Source of the DNA: Escherichia phage vB_EcoM_ESCO9
Sequence record: OM386654.1
Strand: one strand, 5' to 3'
Length of the DNA: 64,000 bases
Made by a program: the position numbers and the translations under genes. Below are positions 17,264 to 26,597 of the stretch, piece after piece. Below the pieces are notes generated by a model. The model was given only the letters and a program-made list of their open reading frames with translations, was not told where the DNA came from and searched no databases. Within the stretch, counting starts at the first letter, position 1. Each line of letters begins with the position of its first letter.

Positions 17264-18253
17264 TTACACCTCCTTATTGTATACTAACTTGCCACCATAT
17301 TGTGTAATAATTTTTTGAAGATTTTCCAAATCAGAAACACTTACTGTTTCTGTATGACCGTCTTTCAACTCTCTTGCTGTTAAAATACCAGTTTTTAATT
17401 TTTTCTTTATAGCTCTTTCAGCAGCCTTACACTGTTTCACTGTGCTAAAATCATATAAACAAATACGTTCCATAAAAAACAGATTACGGCTATTTTGAAT
17501 GTTTAATCGCCTATCACTATCTTTAGCTATACCAAACTTAAGAGCAACTATAATATTATCATCCTTAACAATATTAATATATAACTGCTGCTGACTATGA
17601 CCAGCACACATAGGACAACCTCGACCGAGGCTTAATAAATTATGAGCACTCCCTATCTGCTCACCATGCACAAGACAAAGATATTTAAACTTACCTATAG
17701 AAGAGGGTTTGGTAATCCAATCTACCCAGACATACCCTTTCCCTTCTACTTCCTTTTTTACCCTATAGGTGATCTGGTCTTCTGTATACCGATAGTTCCC
17801 ACAACGACACGGAATATACCCTCGTTTAAGGTTATCTCCTTCAGAGTAAAATTTACCATCACAAACACCTGCTTGAACATATTCATCATGAGAGCAAACA
17901 GGACATTCAACCATCCAGATAATATTCCTACATCCTTTACCCCGTGTTCCTGTGTTAGTGAAGATAGTGCCTTCCTTAAATTCCCCTGTAGAAAAGAAAT
18001 CTGCAATATGTTGATCGTCGGACATTGTTTGTGACTTCCTTATATTCTTCCTCCTACATTGTGGACAACCGCTACCACATTTAAAACTGTTAATACTTGT
18101 AGTATCCCATTTATAACCACAATGGCACAACAAATCAAGTTTTGTGTGGACCCCTTTCCATTGTCCCGTCCATCCTAAGATTTGGATTTGCTTACTCTCT
18201 GCTATTGGTATACACTCTTCTTTATATTGTTCCCATGATTTTGGTGCTGCCAT
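17264..18253 (-). CDS. Cys-rich zinc-ribbon protein with T5orf172/GIY-YIG-like C-terminal region
   Basis: Four CxxC-type pairs; C-terminal LYINIV...KFGIAKDSDRRL; stop abuts NADAR start. Confidence 0.45.
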   Translation of the reverse strand: MAAPKSWEQYKEECIPIAESKQIQILGWTGQWKGVHTKLDLLCHCGYKWDTTSINSFKCGSGCPQCRRKNIRKSQTMSDDQHIADFFSTGEFKEGTIFTNTGTRGKGCRNIIWMVECPVCSHDEYVQAGVCDGKFYSEGDNLKRGYIPCRCGNYRYTEDQITYRVKKEVEGKGYVWVDWITKPSSIGKFKYLCLVHGEQIGSAHNLLSLGRGCPMCAGHSQQQLYINIVKDDNIIVALKFGIAKDSDRRLNIQNSRNLFFMERICLYDFSTVKQCKAAERAIKKKLKTGILTARELKDGHTETVSVSDLENLQKIITQYGGKLVYNKEV

Positions 18254-18289
18254 CTACTACTCCTCTTATTAAATCTGGCATTAATGCAA

Positions 18290-18315
18290 GAAAACCCGCC
18301 GAAGCGGGTTTTTAT
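18290..18315. terminator. terminator-like hairpin after AAA ATPase gene
   Basis: acccgc-cgaa-gcgggt flanked by A-run and T-run. Confidence 0.5.
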
Positions 18316-18327
18316 TTGCTGGCTTAC

Positions 18328-19455
18328 TTAAAACACACTTGCCAAAGTTGCACCATTGGTGATAGTTGGTTCCAGAACAATACGGAAAGAATCTTCTGGA
18401 TCATCACTAAACACAACGATTTTACCGCCTGTGATAAGATCTGCTTTCATTTTTGTCGCATTCAATGGAATTCGAGCATCGCCTTCATCATCAAAAACCA
18501 CGTAAGAGCTATTAGCAAGGGCTTCTTTAGAATCTGCATCACTTGGAGATGACAAGTACACGTCTAGTGTGCACGAGCCACCTAAAAAGATTGCAGGTGT
18601 AAAGTTATGCCAACTAGATACCCAGCTAACTTTCTGAAGTTTCCCATTAATAACAACACTGCTGATATCCCATTTATTACCACCACCTAAAGAAACGCCC
18701 ATCATAGAGATGCATTCTTTAAAGGATAAATCAGGGTAGAAATTAAGTTCTTCTACTATACCTTGGATCACATCAAAGGACAACTCTAAACTTACATCCC
18801 AAAGTCTTTGGAAATTATCAAAGTGTGCTTTGTTATCCAGGTTTTTATCTAAATAGTCAATCATAGTTTCTAGTGAGATTTTATCATAATTAAAATTATA
18901 AAACACACGACTAGGACGATTTAAAAAGAATTCAGAGATAAAACCACTGTTTTTAGTCAGAATAAACAGTTTATTACCACTGCCAGTACCATCTAACAAA
19001 GTGAGAAGTGCTTCTTGATCTTGTTTCTTCTCATACACTTTATCAAACTCGTCAAAAATAATCACTGCTTTGTCTGTGATCTTGCTAATAAGTTCAATGA
19101 AATTAGCATCGCTGTAGGCTTGAGTAACCATAATAGTTGGAATACCTTCTTCTACAAGGTCACGACTAATGAGTTTGGCTAACATAGTTTTACCACTGCC
19201 CTTAGTGCCTGTCAGGAGCAAACCTGTATTTTTACCTTGTGCACTCCGGCGATGGAATGTACGAATAACGTGATTTGCTCGTTTTTCTGTTTCACCATAC
19301 AGAACATCCGGTACACCTGTTAGATTACCACGGCTTAAAAAGTAATTGCCAAGGGGATCACGACTAACAGTATAGAATCCAGGTGGAAGATAGTTAGATT
19401 CCACGCCCATATCTTTATTTACACTTACAATATCACCATAAATCGTGTATTTCAT
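18328..19455 (-). CDS. AAA-family ATPase; paralog of 33435..34595
   Basis: Walker A GTKGSGKT, Walker B IIFDEFDK, LFILTKN...RPSR region. Confidence 0.7.
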   Translation of the reverse strand: MKYTIYGDIVSVNKDMGVESNYLPPGFYTVSRDPLGNYFLSRGNLTGVPDVLYGETEKRANHVIRTFHRRSAQGKNTGLLLTGTKGSGKTMLAKLISRDLVEEGIPTIMVTQAYSDANFIELISKITDKAVIIFDEFDKVYEKKQDQEALLTLLDGTGSGNKLFILTKNSGFISEFFLNRPSRVFYNFNYDKISLETMIDYLDKNLDNKAHFDNFQRLWDVSLELSFDVIQGIVEELNFYPDLSFKECISMMGVSLGGGNKWDISSVVINGKLQKVSWVSSWHNFTPAIFLGGSCTLDVYLSSPSDADSKEALANSSYVVFDDEGDARIPLNATKMKADLITGGKIVVFSDDPEDSFRIVLEPTITNGATLASVF

Positions 19456-19467
19456 TTTAAACCCCTT

Positions 19468-19905
19468 TTATCTTTGTTGAGATGAACGAATTAAATCAGC
19501 AGCAAATTCAATCAGATACACTTTTGGTGCAATAATAATTTTTAGCCAATCGAAATTCGAAAAGAAAATAACAAATCCTAAAAAGAAAAAGAAAGCACAG
19601 ACAACAAGACCAACAATAGGCAAAGCAGATACCTCACCATAGCGATCTCGTGACCACAGACATTCTTTATCTTTAATTGCTTTTATGAGGTTCCGCACAA
19701 CAATAAAAGTAATAAACATAAAGCAAATACTAAAAAGTTGCCATAAACCTGCGGATACTGCTTTCCACATTAATAATTGATGAATTACTTCTGGAATTTG
19801 TTGTTTTCCAAACTCTACAACATCACTCATTGTTTGAATAGTGACGTTAACCATGTTCAGAAGTACATCAGTTGCTTTATCTGCGATTGCGTTTGTTTTA
19901 CTCAT
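19468..19905 (-). CDS. membrane protein
   Basis: 145 aa with hydrophobic helices. Confidence 0.6.
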   Translation of the reverse strand: MSKTNAIADKATDVLLNMVNVTIQTMSDVVEFGKQQIPEVIHQLLMWKAVSAGLWQLFSICFMFITFIVVRNLIKAIKDKECLWSRDRYGEVSALPIVGLVVCAFFFFLGFVIFFSNFDWLKIIIAPKVYLIEFAADLIRSSQQR

Positions 19906-19919
19906 TCTTTATTCCTCAC

Positions 19920-20093
19920 TTACCTTTTAAGGAAACCAATCATAATGAAGAACCACATCCAGGCAGGAGAGATAATAAAGCCAAAGAAACCGCAAATAAC
20001 CGCTTTCTTAATCTCTTCCAGACAACCCACCAGGAAAAGAACGAGTGAGACTACAATCCAGATAGCCATAAATACTGTAACAAAGAAACTCAT
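19920..20093 (-). CDS. small membrane protein (57 aa), approximate
   Basis: ORF below track cutoff; GGAGAAAGG RBS; two hydrophobic segments. Confidence 0.3.
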   Translation of the reverse strand: MSFFVTVFMAIWIVVSLVLFLVGCLEEIKKAVICGFFGFIISPAWMWFFIMIGFLKR

Positions 20094-20113
20094 ACCTTTC
20101 TCCCGTCTGTATT

Positions 20114-20365
20114 TTAAAATTCAACCACTACTTTGTCGAGGTGCTCTGCTTCAACTTGATCTAATGTTAACACCTCAACTAAACCCTTGTCAATACCTAA
20201 TTTAATAACATCAACATATTGTCCAAACAGATCCTGAATAGATATCTTGTGTTCGACAACAACCACTACTTCATTCCCTTTTGTGAATTCTCTCCATACA
20301 CGTCCACATTTGAAAATAAAGTCTGCTTCGTCTTCTGTTATCATTTTAGGTTTGATGCTTAACAT
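20114..20365 (-). CDS. hypothetical protein
   Basis: 83 aa ORF. Confidence 0.5.
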   Translation of the reverse strand: MLSIKPKMITEDEADFIFKCGRVWREFTKGNEVVVVVEHKISIQDLFGQYVDVIKLGIDKGLVEVLTLDQVEAEHLDKVVVEF

Positions 20366-20916
20366 TATAAAACTCCGTATTCCGGCTCAAAATCATATTT
20401 TTCACAAATCATGTCCCAGCGTTCGTTGCCGAAGCTGCGACCACAAATTGCATCGTAAGCATAATGCTCTGCTAACCATTTTACAACAGTGTCTACATCG
20501 TTATCAAGTGGTAATCTGAATTCTTTGCCGTATCGCATACGAAGAACAAATTCATCCCCTTCTTCAAACAAGTGCATATGGCTTTTTGCATAAGAAGCAA
20601 GGTTGAAAAAAGATACCTTTTCCCAGCATTCTTTTTCCACTGCAATTCCGTGATCAACAACTAAAGTACCGATAACGCGATACATAATAGGACTAAACAG
20701 TGCGCTTGGGCTAGGCTGCTCTTCAACTATAGACCAACCTGTCCCCTGCCAAATTTCATTTTTGAACCATTGTTGCATGTCATTCCCTTTTTCATCTACA
20801 ATGGATCGGTTACGCATTTCAAACCATTCTCCTTCGCAAAAGTATTTATGTTTAACGCGTTTGCCTTTTAACATTGCTTCTTTGGCTTCTATCCAAGTCA
20901 GATCGGTGTTTTGCAT
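20365..20916 (-). CDS. hypothetical protein
   Basis: Start moved to ATG at 20916 with GAGGAG RBS 8 nt upstream. Confidence 0.55.
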   Translation of the reverse strand: MQNTDLTWIEAKEAMLKGKRVKHKYFCEGEWFEMRNRSIVDEKGNDMQQWFKNEIWQGTGWSIVEEQPSPSALFSPIMYRVIGTLVVDHGIAVEKECWEKVSFFNLASYAKSHMHLFEEGDEFVLRMRYGKEFRLPLDNDVDTVVKWLAEHYAYDAICGRSFGNERWDMICEKYDFEPEYGVL

Positions 20917-21035
20917 TCGTTTATCTCCTCTCATTTGTGTATGCATTAAGATTAGCACAATAAAACAGTATGTCAATACTTGATCTGAAATTAATTTCTG
21001 GTACTCTGTGTGTATCGTAACAAAAGAGGTTAGAT

Positions 21036-21326
21036 ATGAACATCACACTAGCAACTAAGAATATTACAGAAACTTTTGATGGTTTTGGCATTATTATTGC
21101 TGTTCATGGGCATAACGAAAAATGGTTAGCCTCTTTTGAAGAGGACAAAGAACGCAATGTACGTTTGAATGCACCAATCAAAGTTTTACACCAGGTAGGT
21201 GAGAATAAGAAACAATGGAGATCATACAAAGAGTGGAACATTACGAACGAGTTAATACACAAACTTGACAAAGTGATAGACATGTTCGACAATGCACCCA
21301 TCGGTACAAAACGTGTCTTAATGTGA
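21036..21326 (+). CDS. hypothetical protein
   Basis: 96 aa; AAGAGG RBS; first gene of plus-strand block. Confidence 0.55.
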   Translation: MNITLATKNITETFDGFGIIIAVHGHNEKWLASFEEDKERNVRLNAPIKVLHQVGENKKQWRSYKEWNITNELIHKLDKVIDMFDNAPIGTKRVLM

Positions 21327-21338
21327 GAGGAGAACAAA

Positions 21339-21623
21339 ATGTACTATTCACAAGACGAAGCAGCAAACATTAAACTGGCAGTTGGCGATCTTATTGTGTC
21401 ACCTAACTACCATTGGGATAACACAGATTTGGTTGAAGTAGTAACTCATGTTGGGTTTGAGGGTGTTGTGCTCTACACACTGGGTGGAGGTGTTGTTGGG
21501 GAAATGGAACGTTATACAACAACGAAGAAACTGGTAAGCTCTTATCGCATGTTTTTACACCAAGGCTCGGAAGAGTATACAGCTTTCTTGTTGAAATTAG
21601 ACGCAGATCGGGAGAAGGCATGA
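21339..21623 (+). CDS. hypothetical protein
   Basis: 94 aa; GAGAGGAG RBS. Confidence 0.55.
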   Translation: MYYSQDEAANIKLAVGDLIVSPNYHWDNTDLVEVVTHVGFEGVVLYTLGGGVVGEMERYTTTKKLVSSYRMFLHQGSEEYTAFLLKLDADREKA

Positions 21624-21976
21624 TGAAAATTGTACACGATGAAATTCAATTTGAAGAGAGTGATCTTCTTGATCTAGATGTGACACTAAGTAAACTGATC
21701 TACAATGCACTTTCTACATATCGTGCAAAAGTGATAGCCACAAACAATGTTAAAATTCCTAGTGGGTTACTTCGTCGGATGTACCCACACGCTAAAGGTG
21801 ACTATCTACCTTATATGGAAGAACGAGCAGCAGAACACTGGCTAGAAATTCTTGAAAAAATGGAGTCCTCTTTTAAGGATTCAACTCCACCAGAAGAAGT
21901 TAATGAAAAACAGCGGCAAGATCGTTTAGAAGGTCGCATTTTGTTTGCTAAGTATTTCCATAATCTGTGGATGTAA
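21620..21976 (+). CDS. hypothetical protein
   Basis: 118 aa; ATGA start-stop overlap. Confidence 0.55.
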   Translation: MMKIVHDEIQFEESDLLDLDVTLSKLIYNALSTYRAKVIATNNVKIPSGLLRRMYPHAKGDYLPYMEERAAEHWLEILEKMESSFKDSTPPEEVNEKQRQDRLEGRILFAKYFHNLWM

Positions 21977-21988
21977 CAAGGAGTAAAC

Positions 21989-22144
21989 ATGGTTATCTAC
22001 AAAAATAAGTTCACTGGCTGTCTGCGTAAATTTATTGACAAAAAAGGGTATGTTTCTGTTGACAATGGTGTTACGTGGGTGCAAAATGGCACTTCAGAAC
22101 AACTGATCAAGGCTTTACCTTACTATGAGGAGTTTACAAAATGA
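21989..22144 (+). CDS. small hypothetical protein (51 aa)
   Basis: AAGGAG RBS; stop overlaps next start. Confidence 0.35.
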   Translation: MVIYKNKFTGCLRKFIDKKGYVSVDNGVTWVQNGTSEQLIKALPYYEEFTK

Positions 22145-22341
22145 CAGGATGGGTAAAAGTAGAAGATCCATACGATATTCCACTAGGTGAGTATGTGGTG
22201 GTAATGGAAGATGGTGAAAAAGGGTATTGTGAAGTGCATAAAAGTATGTCTGGTAAGATTATTGTGGTGAACCATCATTTTCACTTTGATTACCCTCCTA
22301 TTGTGGCATATATGCCTTTACCTAAATATGAAGGGGATTAA
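22141..22341 (+). CDS. hypothetical protein
   Basis: 66 aa; GAGGAG RBS. Confidence 0.5.
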   Translation: MTGWVKVEDPYDIPLGEYVVVMEDGEKGYCEVHKSMSGKIIVVNHHFHFDYPPIVAYMPLPKYEGD

Positions 22342-22488
22342 ATGTTATTCTTTAAACTTAATATTGCTTTTTGTTTGTTTGCAAACATTGCATTCTGGGT
22401 ACTAGGTAGTGTAAAATTAGGCTACTTCTTTATTGTACTACAAGCTATTTGTTTAGCTGGTCAAATAATCACTAAGGGGCGAGTATGA
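22342..22488 (+). CDS. small membrane peptide (48 aa)
   Basis: AAGGGGA RBS; hydrophobic; ATGA overlap with next gene. Confidence 0.35.
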   Translation: MLFFKLNIAFCLFANIAFWVLGSVKLGYFFIVLQAICLAGQIITKGRV

Positions 22489-22913
22489 CACAACAAATTC
22501 AAGACAAGTTTAATGAACTCTATCCAGCAAGCGAAAGCGGCACTCATAACGTGCGTAAATCGCTCTATAACGTCTTTAAAGCAGGATGGGAGGCTTGCCT
22601 TCAGGCTCAAGAAAAACCAGTGTCAGGGACGCGTAACGGCTTTTATATCCCGATTGTTGAAAGTGAGGAAGGATGGGGTAGCAAACATGATGGTTATATG
22701 GTAGGATTCACCATAGAAGATCTTGAAGAACGCCGTAAAGTCTTTGAGGCAGCTAATACAGAAAAGTATGGCTACTATTATGAACGACCTGTTCGTTACA
22801 TTCCTGTTGTGCTTAGTCCTAAAGCTGTTGAAACAATGTCTGCAACAGAAAAAGAAAGGACTCGCCATTGTGTATGGTTTGATGATATTGACGACTTTCG
22901 ATTTGGAGACTAA
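22485..22913 (+). CDS. hypothetical protein
   Basis: 142 aa. Confidence 0.6.
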   Translation: MTQQIQDKFNELYPASESGTHNVRKSLYNVFKAGWEACLQAQEKPVSGTRNGFYIPIVESEEGWGSKHDGYMVGFTIEDLEERRKVFEAANTEKYGYYYERPVRYIPVVLSPKAVETMSATEKERTRHCVWFDDIDDFRFGD

Positions 22914-22916
22914 TTT

Positions 22917-23189
22917 ATGAAAAATAAACACCCTTACTATCAACTATTGCATGTACTGCGCCGATTGCGCAATAAGCAGATTGAAGATTTCCGTCACTTC
23001 AAGCGTGATCGTGTGAATCGTCAATGGATGGATCATCGTTTCTTCTCTTTAACTGTACGTAAGTTCCGTGAAGAGATTAAGAAGACAGACCAGGTAATTG
23101 CAGGTGCTAAACGTGCAATCTCTATGTCAAAAATCACAGGTGTAAATCATATGTACGACTTCAAAACAGACTCTGTTGTACCTATGTAA
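22917..23189 (+). CDS. hypothetical protein
   Basis: 90 aa. Confidence 0.55.
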   Translation: MKNKHPYYQLLHVLRRLRNKQIEDFRHFKRDRVNRQWMDHRFFSLTVRKFREEIKKTDQVIAGAKRAISMSKITGVNHMYDFKTDSVVPM

Positions 23190-23353
23190 AAGTATTTTGT
23201 AAAGTTTTGTGGAGAGTATTGACTTTTTCAGAAAAACATGCTACCCTAAACCTGAAAGGTGACGAGCGAAGCGAGTTAGTATTCTCTATAGATATTGTTC
23301 CTGTCACTCATGGAGGGGCAGGAACAGAGTGTATTACTGTATAGGAGAATACT

Positions 23354-23620
23354 ATGGATGTTACTACACTAAGGTTTATACTTCTCTTCTTACTTATAGT
23401 TATAGGATTAATTGTTATACCCTATCTATACGTCTACATGTTATCTCGTAAGTATGGTTATGATCGTATACCATTTTACTATTTAATACCTGTCTTAGTT
23501 ATCTATCTATTTCTCTTTTGTAGATATTGCCCTGAATTAGTTCCTGAACATTGGAAGTTAGAACCTGTTGAAGTTTACCATTGTGAATGGAAGACAGAGT
23601 ACAGATCTAACAGTAATTAG
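23354..23620 (+). CDS. membrane protein
   Basis: 88 aa; two hydrophobic helices; AGGAGAATACT RBS. Confidence 0.55.
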   Translation: MDVTTLRFILLFLLIVIGLIVIPYLYVYMLSRKYGYDRIPFYYLIPVLVIYLFLFCRYCPELVPEHWKLEPVEVYHCEWKTEYRSNSN

Positions 23621-23623
23621 TTA

Positions 23624-23652
23624 TTGACTCTATCTACTAAATAATCTAGACT
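23624..23652 (+). promoter_or_regulatory. sigma70-type promoter
   Basis: TTGACT, 17 nt, TAGACT. Confidence 0.45.
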
Positions 23653-23680
23653 CTATGTAAAATTTACTAAGGAGACTACT

Positions 23681-23845
23681 ATGCAAAACATTTCTATCAC
23701 TAAAACAAAAAGGTCTGTACCTAAACTTACTCACTCTACATATCCTGTTATCATCCGTAAAGGAAAAGAATGGATTAAAGATGATCATGGTGGTTATGTA
23801 GAAGTGTCAAAGCTGAAAGAAGCAGAAGTTAACTTTGTACGCTAA
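23681..23845 (+). CDS. small hypothetical protein (54 aa)
   Basis: AAGGAG RBS. Confidence 0.35.
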   Translation: MQNISITKTKRSVPKLTHSTYPVIIRKGKEWIKDDHGGYVEVSKLKEAEVNFVR

Positions 23846-23855
23846 GGAGTAGACT

Positions 23856-24137
23856 ATGACTGAAGAGTTTAAGCAATGGTTTGATAAAAACTTTCCACCA
23901 CATATGTGGCCTAACGAAGAAGAACGTCAAGAAGTGATGATCTACACTTGGCTTGCCTGGCGGGATGGTATCCGTAGCAAAGAAGCCCAGGAAGAGGAAC
24001 CTATTGCTTACATCTTTAAACATCCAGCAGGTAAGTTGTTTTGGGCTTTAACAGATGAAAGTAATAAAGATCATGATGATGTTATTCCTGTGTATGCCAA
24101 GGACAATGTAAAGGATCAATCAGATGACAATGTATAG
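23856..24137 (+). CDS. hypothetical protein
   Basis: 93 aa; AAGGAG RBS. Confidence 0.55.
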   Translation: MTEEFKQWFDKNFPPHMWPNEEERQEVMIYTWLAWRDGIRSKEAQEEEPIAYIFKHPAGKLFWALTDESNKDHDDVIPVYAKDNVKDQSDDNV

Positions 24138-24606
24138 CATATGGGGTAGAATGGGCGAAGACCATGATTACTATTGCTTGAAAAGTAATGTTGAACAGGA
24201 AGATGTTGATAAAATTATAAAGCACTACCTGAAAACATGGCGTGAAGTGGAGTTTAGAGAGTTTGCTATCCTCCATAGTCAAGAAGGAGAAAAGGAGATA
24301 GACATGAGTACACTAACTAAAGCAGTACAAACGCATAAAGAATATGAGGAAGCAGTTAAAGATGAAGTAAACCCTACTTCACTGACCTTCGAAAACCTTA
24401 CCCCTTTGTTTTGGTCATACGATGGTAATGAAATTCTTACACATGATACACCAGAGGCTGTTAAAAATTGGGAAGGTTGTTGTAATTCCTATGAGGTATT
24501 ATATGTCGTAGAAGAAGATGATACGTACATTATGTTCCGCATAGATAACGGCTGTGGTGATCAATGGGATATTGTTCTTTCTAAACATTTACAATTGGGT
24601 GGTTAA
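24124..24606 (+). CDS. hypothetical protein
   Basis: 160 aa. Confidence 0.6.
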   Translation: MTMYSIWGRMGEDHDYYCLKSNVEQEDVDKIIKHYLKTWREVEFREFAILHSQEGEKEIDMSTLTKAVQTHKEYEEAVKDEVNPTSLTFENLTPLFWSYDGNEILTHDTPEAVKNWEGCCNSYEVLYVVEEDDTYIMFRIDNGCGDQWDIVLSKHLQLGG

Positions 24607-24607
24607 A

Positions 24608-24970
24608 ATGCTAAAGTACCTGATGATCACTTGGTTATGTTTACTTTCATTTGCGGGACATGCAACAGAGGGTTTTAAACTTGGTGCTGACGGTACTAAA
24701 TTCTTTACATATTGGGGTGGGAAAGCCTTATACCAAGAAGAAAAGAATAGCATAGAGTGTACGGTTAGTAAGAAGATTAAATCAGTAGATCAATATGGGG
24801 ATGCCTATACTGGTGTAGGTTTTAACTGTGGAAAAGATTTATTTCTATTTGTTAAGAAGTATTTAGATGTTAACCTTGTATTGCTTATTGTTGTAGATCC
24901 TGCTAAGTTTGAAGAGCGTAAAGCATATCGTGCAGATATGTTCCTAGAATATGATGATAAGGAGAAATAA
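24608..24970 (+). CDS. secreted protein with signal peptide
   Basis: MLKYLMITWLCLLSFAGHA signal-like N-terminus; start moved from 24554. Confidence 0.5.
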   Translation: MLKYLMITWLCLLSFAGHATEGFKLGADGTKFFTYWGGKALYQEEKNSIECTVSKKIKSVDQYGDAYTGVGFNCGKDLFLFVKKYLDVNLVLLIVVDPAKFEERKAYRADMFLEYDDKEK

Positions 24971-25321
24971 ATGCTTGATGTAACTATTAATGGTGTTAAA
25001 TATATTCCTTATGTAGAGAAAAGCAATCCTGATGCCTTGGATGTTATGTTTGAGGATTCAGATCTTGGTACTGTCACTGTACGGGAATATTTCCGACAAC
25101 TACTCTCTACGTTATGGAGAGAAGAAGAGTGTTTTAATGGTAAACGTCCATTTGGTAACTCATGCTGGCAATTTGATATGATCCGCGCCTTAATTGAGGC
25201 AGGGTATATTGAAGGTACAGTTGTGTACGATGAAGATGGATATCCAGAAGAGACTGACTACGACAGTAAAGAAGCTAATAAATTTATACAGGGCTTGATT
25301 GCACAGATGTGTTTGGGTTAA
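24971..25321 (+). CDS. hypothetical protein
   Basis: 116 aa. Confidence 0.55.
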   Translation: MLDVTINGVKYIPYVEKSNPDALDVMFEDSDLGTVTVREYFRQLLSTLWREEECFNGKRPFGNSCWQFDMIRALIEAGYIEGTVVYDEDGYPEETDYDSKEANKFIQGLIAQMCLG

Positions 25322-25322
25322 T

Positions 25323-25709
25323 ATGAAAGTATTAAATTTTTACCACTTAGGTAAAGTAATACCTGAAGGTGCAGTTTACATTGGCAGAGCTATGCCTCAT
25401 ATGGGGTTAAAAGCCTCAAAGTTTGCAAATCCTTTTAAGTTAAAGGATGATGAACCACGAGGGTCAACTATACAAAGATATAAAGAGTGGTTGTGGGAAC
25501 AAATTCGTTGTGGTAAAATCACTCTTGAGGATTTGTTAGAATTAGAAGGGAAAGACTTAGTTTGCTTCTGCGCACCTCAACCTTGTCATGGTGATGTGTT
25601 GGTAGCAGCGGTTGCTTGGGCTAGAGCAGAGTGGGATAAAAGGCATCCTACTTACACAGATGATTATTGGATTTGGGAGGATATTTATGAAGACTACACA
25701 AGAAATTAA
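25323..25709 (+). CDS. DUF4326-like protein
   Basis: VYIGR...NPF...Y..WL...L..L.GK.L.C.C.P..CHGDVL pattern; start moved to ATG at 25323. Confidence 0.5.
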   Translation: MKVLNFYHLGKVIPEGAVYIGRAMPHMGLKASKFANPFKLKDDEPRGSTIQRYKEWLWEQIRCGKITLEDLLELEGKDLVCFCAPQPCHGDVLVAAVAWARAEWDKRHPTYTDDYWIWEDIYEDYTRN

Positions 25710-26052
25710 CGTATTTGATCTGTCAGGTTTAGATATGGAAAAAGCAACCCTGTATCATCACGATAAAGATAACATTACGTACATCTACATCGGAGCAGAT
25801 AAATATAACATTCCTGAAAACTCCCTAGCGGTAATGAAGGAAGGGGATATGCCTTTGCAAGAGAAGATGATTGGTTTTTCCTTTCGTCAAGATGTTAAGA
25901 TGGATGGTGTTATTGCTGTCTTCCAGGTGGACGAGTTTTATATGGTTACTTTTGTCACACCAAATTTCACCAATATCAATGGGGAAGAGGCAGCAAACGA
26001 TGTTATTGTTCTAACGTTGGGTAATGCCTTAAAAGATTTAGAAAACGTTTAA
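25687..26052 (+). CDS. hypothetical protein
   Basis: Start moved to ATG at 25687 with GGAGG RBS. Confidence 0.5.
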   Translation: MKTTQEINVFDLSGLDMEKATLYHHDKDNITYIYIGADKYNIPENSLAVMKEGDMPLQEKMIGFSFRQDVKMDGVIAVFQVDEFYMVTFVTPNFTNINGEEAANDVIVLTLGNALKDLENV

Positions 26053-26073
26053 CAAACCAATAAGGAAAATATA

Positions 26074-26589
26074 ATGTTTTTTGATGCTCAATCTCCACTT
26101 GTTGACTCTGTAAGCAGGGCGGTAATATATCCAGACTTTGATGAAAGAGAAATATGGCTTAAGGAACACCACTATGATCCAGAAAATGTCAACTGGTGCA
26201 ATCTGGATGTTGGTAAGTATCCGCGAGATAAGGGCATCTTGAAATATTATGCTTGCTATACGGTGGATAACATCTATGAATACTACGTGTTTCGTAGTTT
26301 GATTATCCATCTAAATAAATTGGGTGCTCTAACAGGAGATTCTCAATTTACTCTAGGCCACTATAAACCATTTAAGAAAGGTGGAGAGCACTTTCCAAGC
26401 AATTGGATTATACAAACATTAAAAGATAATTCTCGTGCTAGTGATGTTATCCCAGACAAAAAAGAAAAGTGGACATGGCATGAGCAAATGGAGTATATTA
26501 TACAACATATGCCACAACGTGTATTGTATGAGGAAAAGTTGGTCAACCGTTGTGCCGAGTTAATACAGATTGTTAAAGGGTTTTACTAG
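26074..26589 (+). CDS. hypothetical protein
   Basis: 171 aa; AAGGAAA RBS. Confidence 0.6.
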   Translation: MFFDAQSPLVDSVSRAVIYPDFDEREIWLKEHHYDPENVNWCNLDVGKYPRDKGILKYYACYTVDNIYEYYVFRSLIIHLNKLGALTGDSQFTLGHYKPFKKGGEHFPSNWIIQTLKDNSRASDVIPDKKEKWTWHEQMEYIIQHMPQRVLYEEKLVNRCAELIQIVKGFY

Positions 26590-26597
26590 GGGGAAAT

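Noticed and set aside
17642-18034. 130 aa plus-strand ORF and 82 aa minus-strand alternative frame inside the Cys-rich protein gene
   Set aside because: Both are embedded in the 329 aa gene 17264..18253 and lack an RBS
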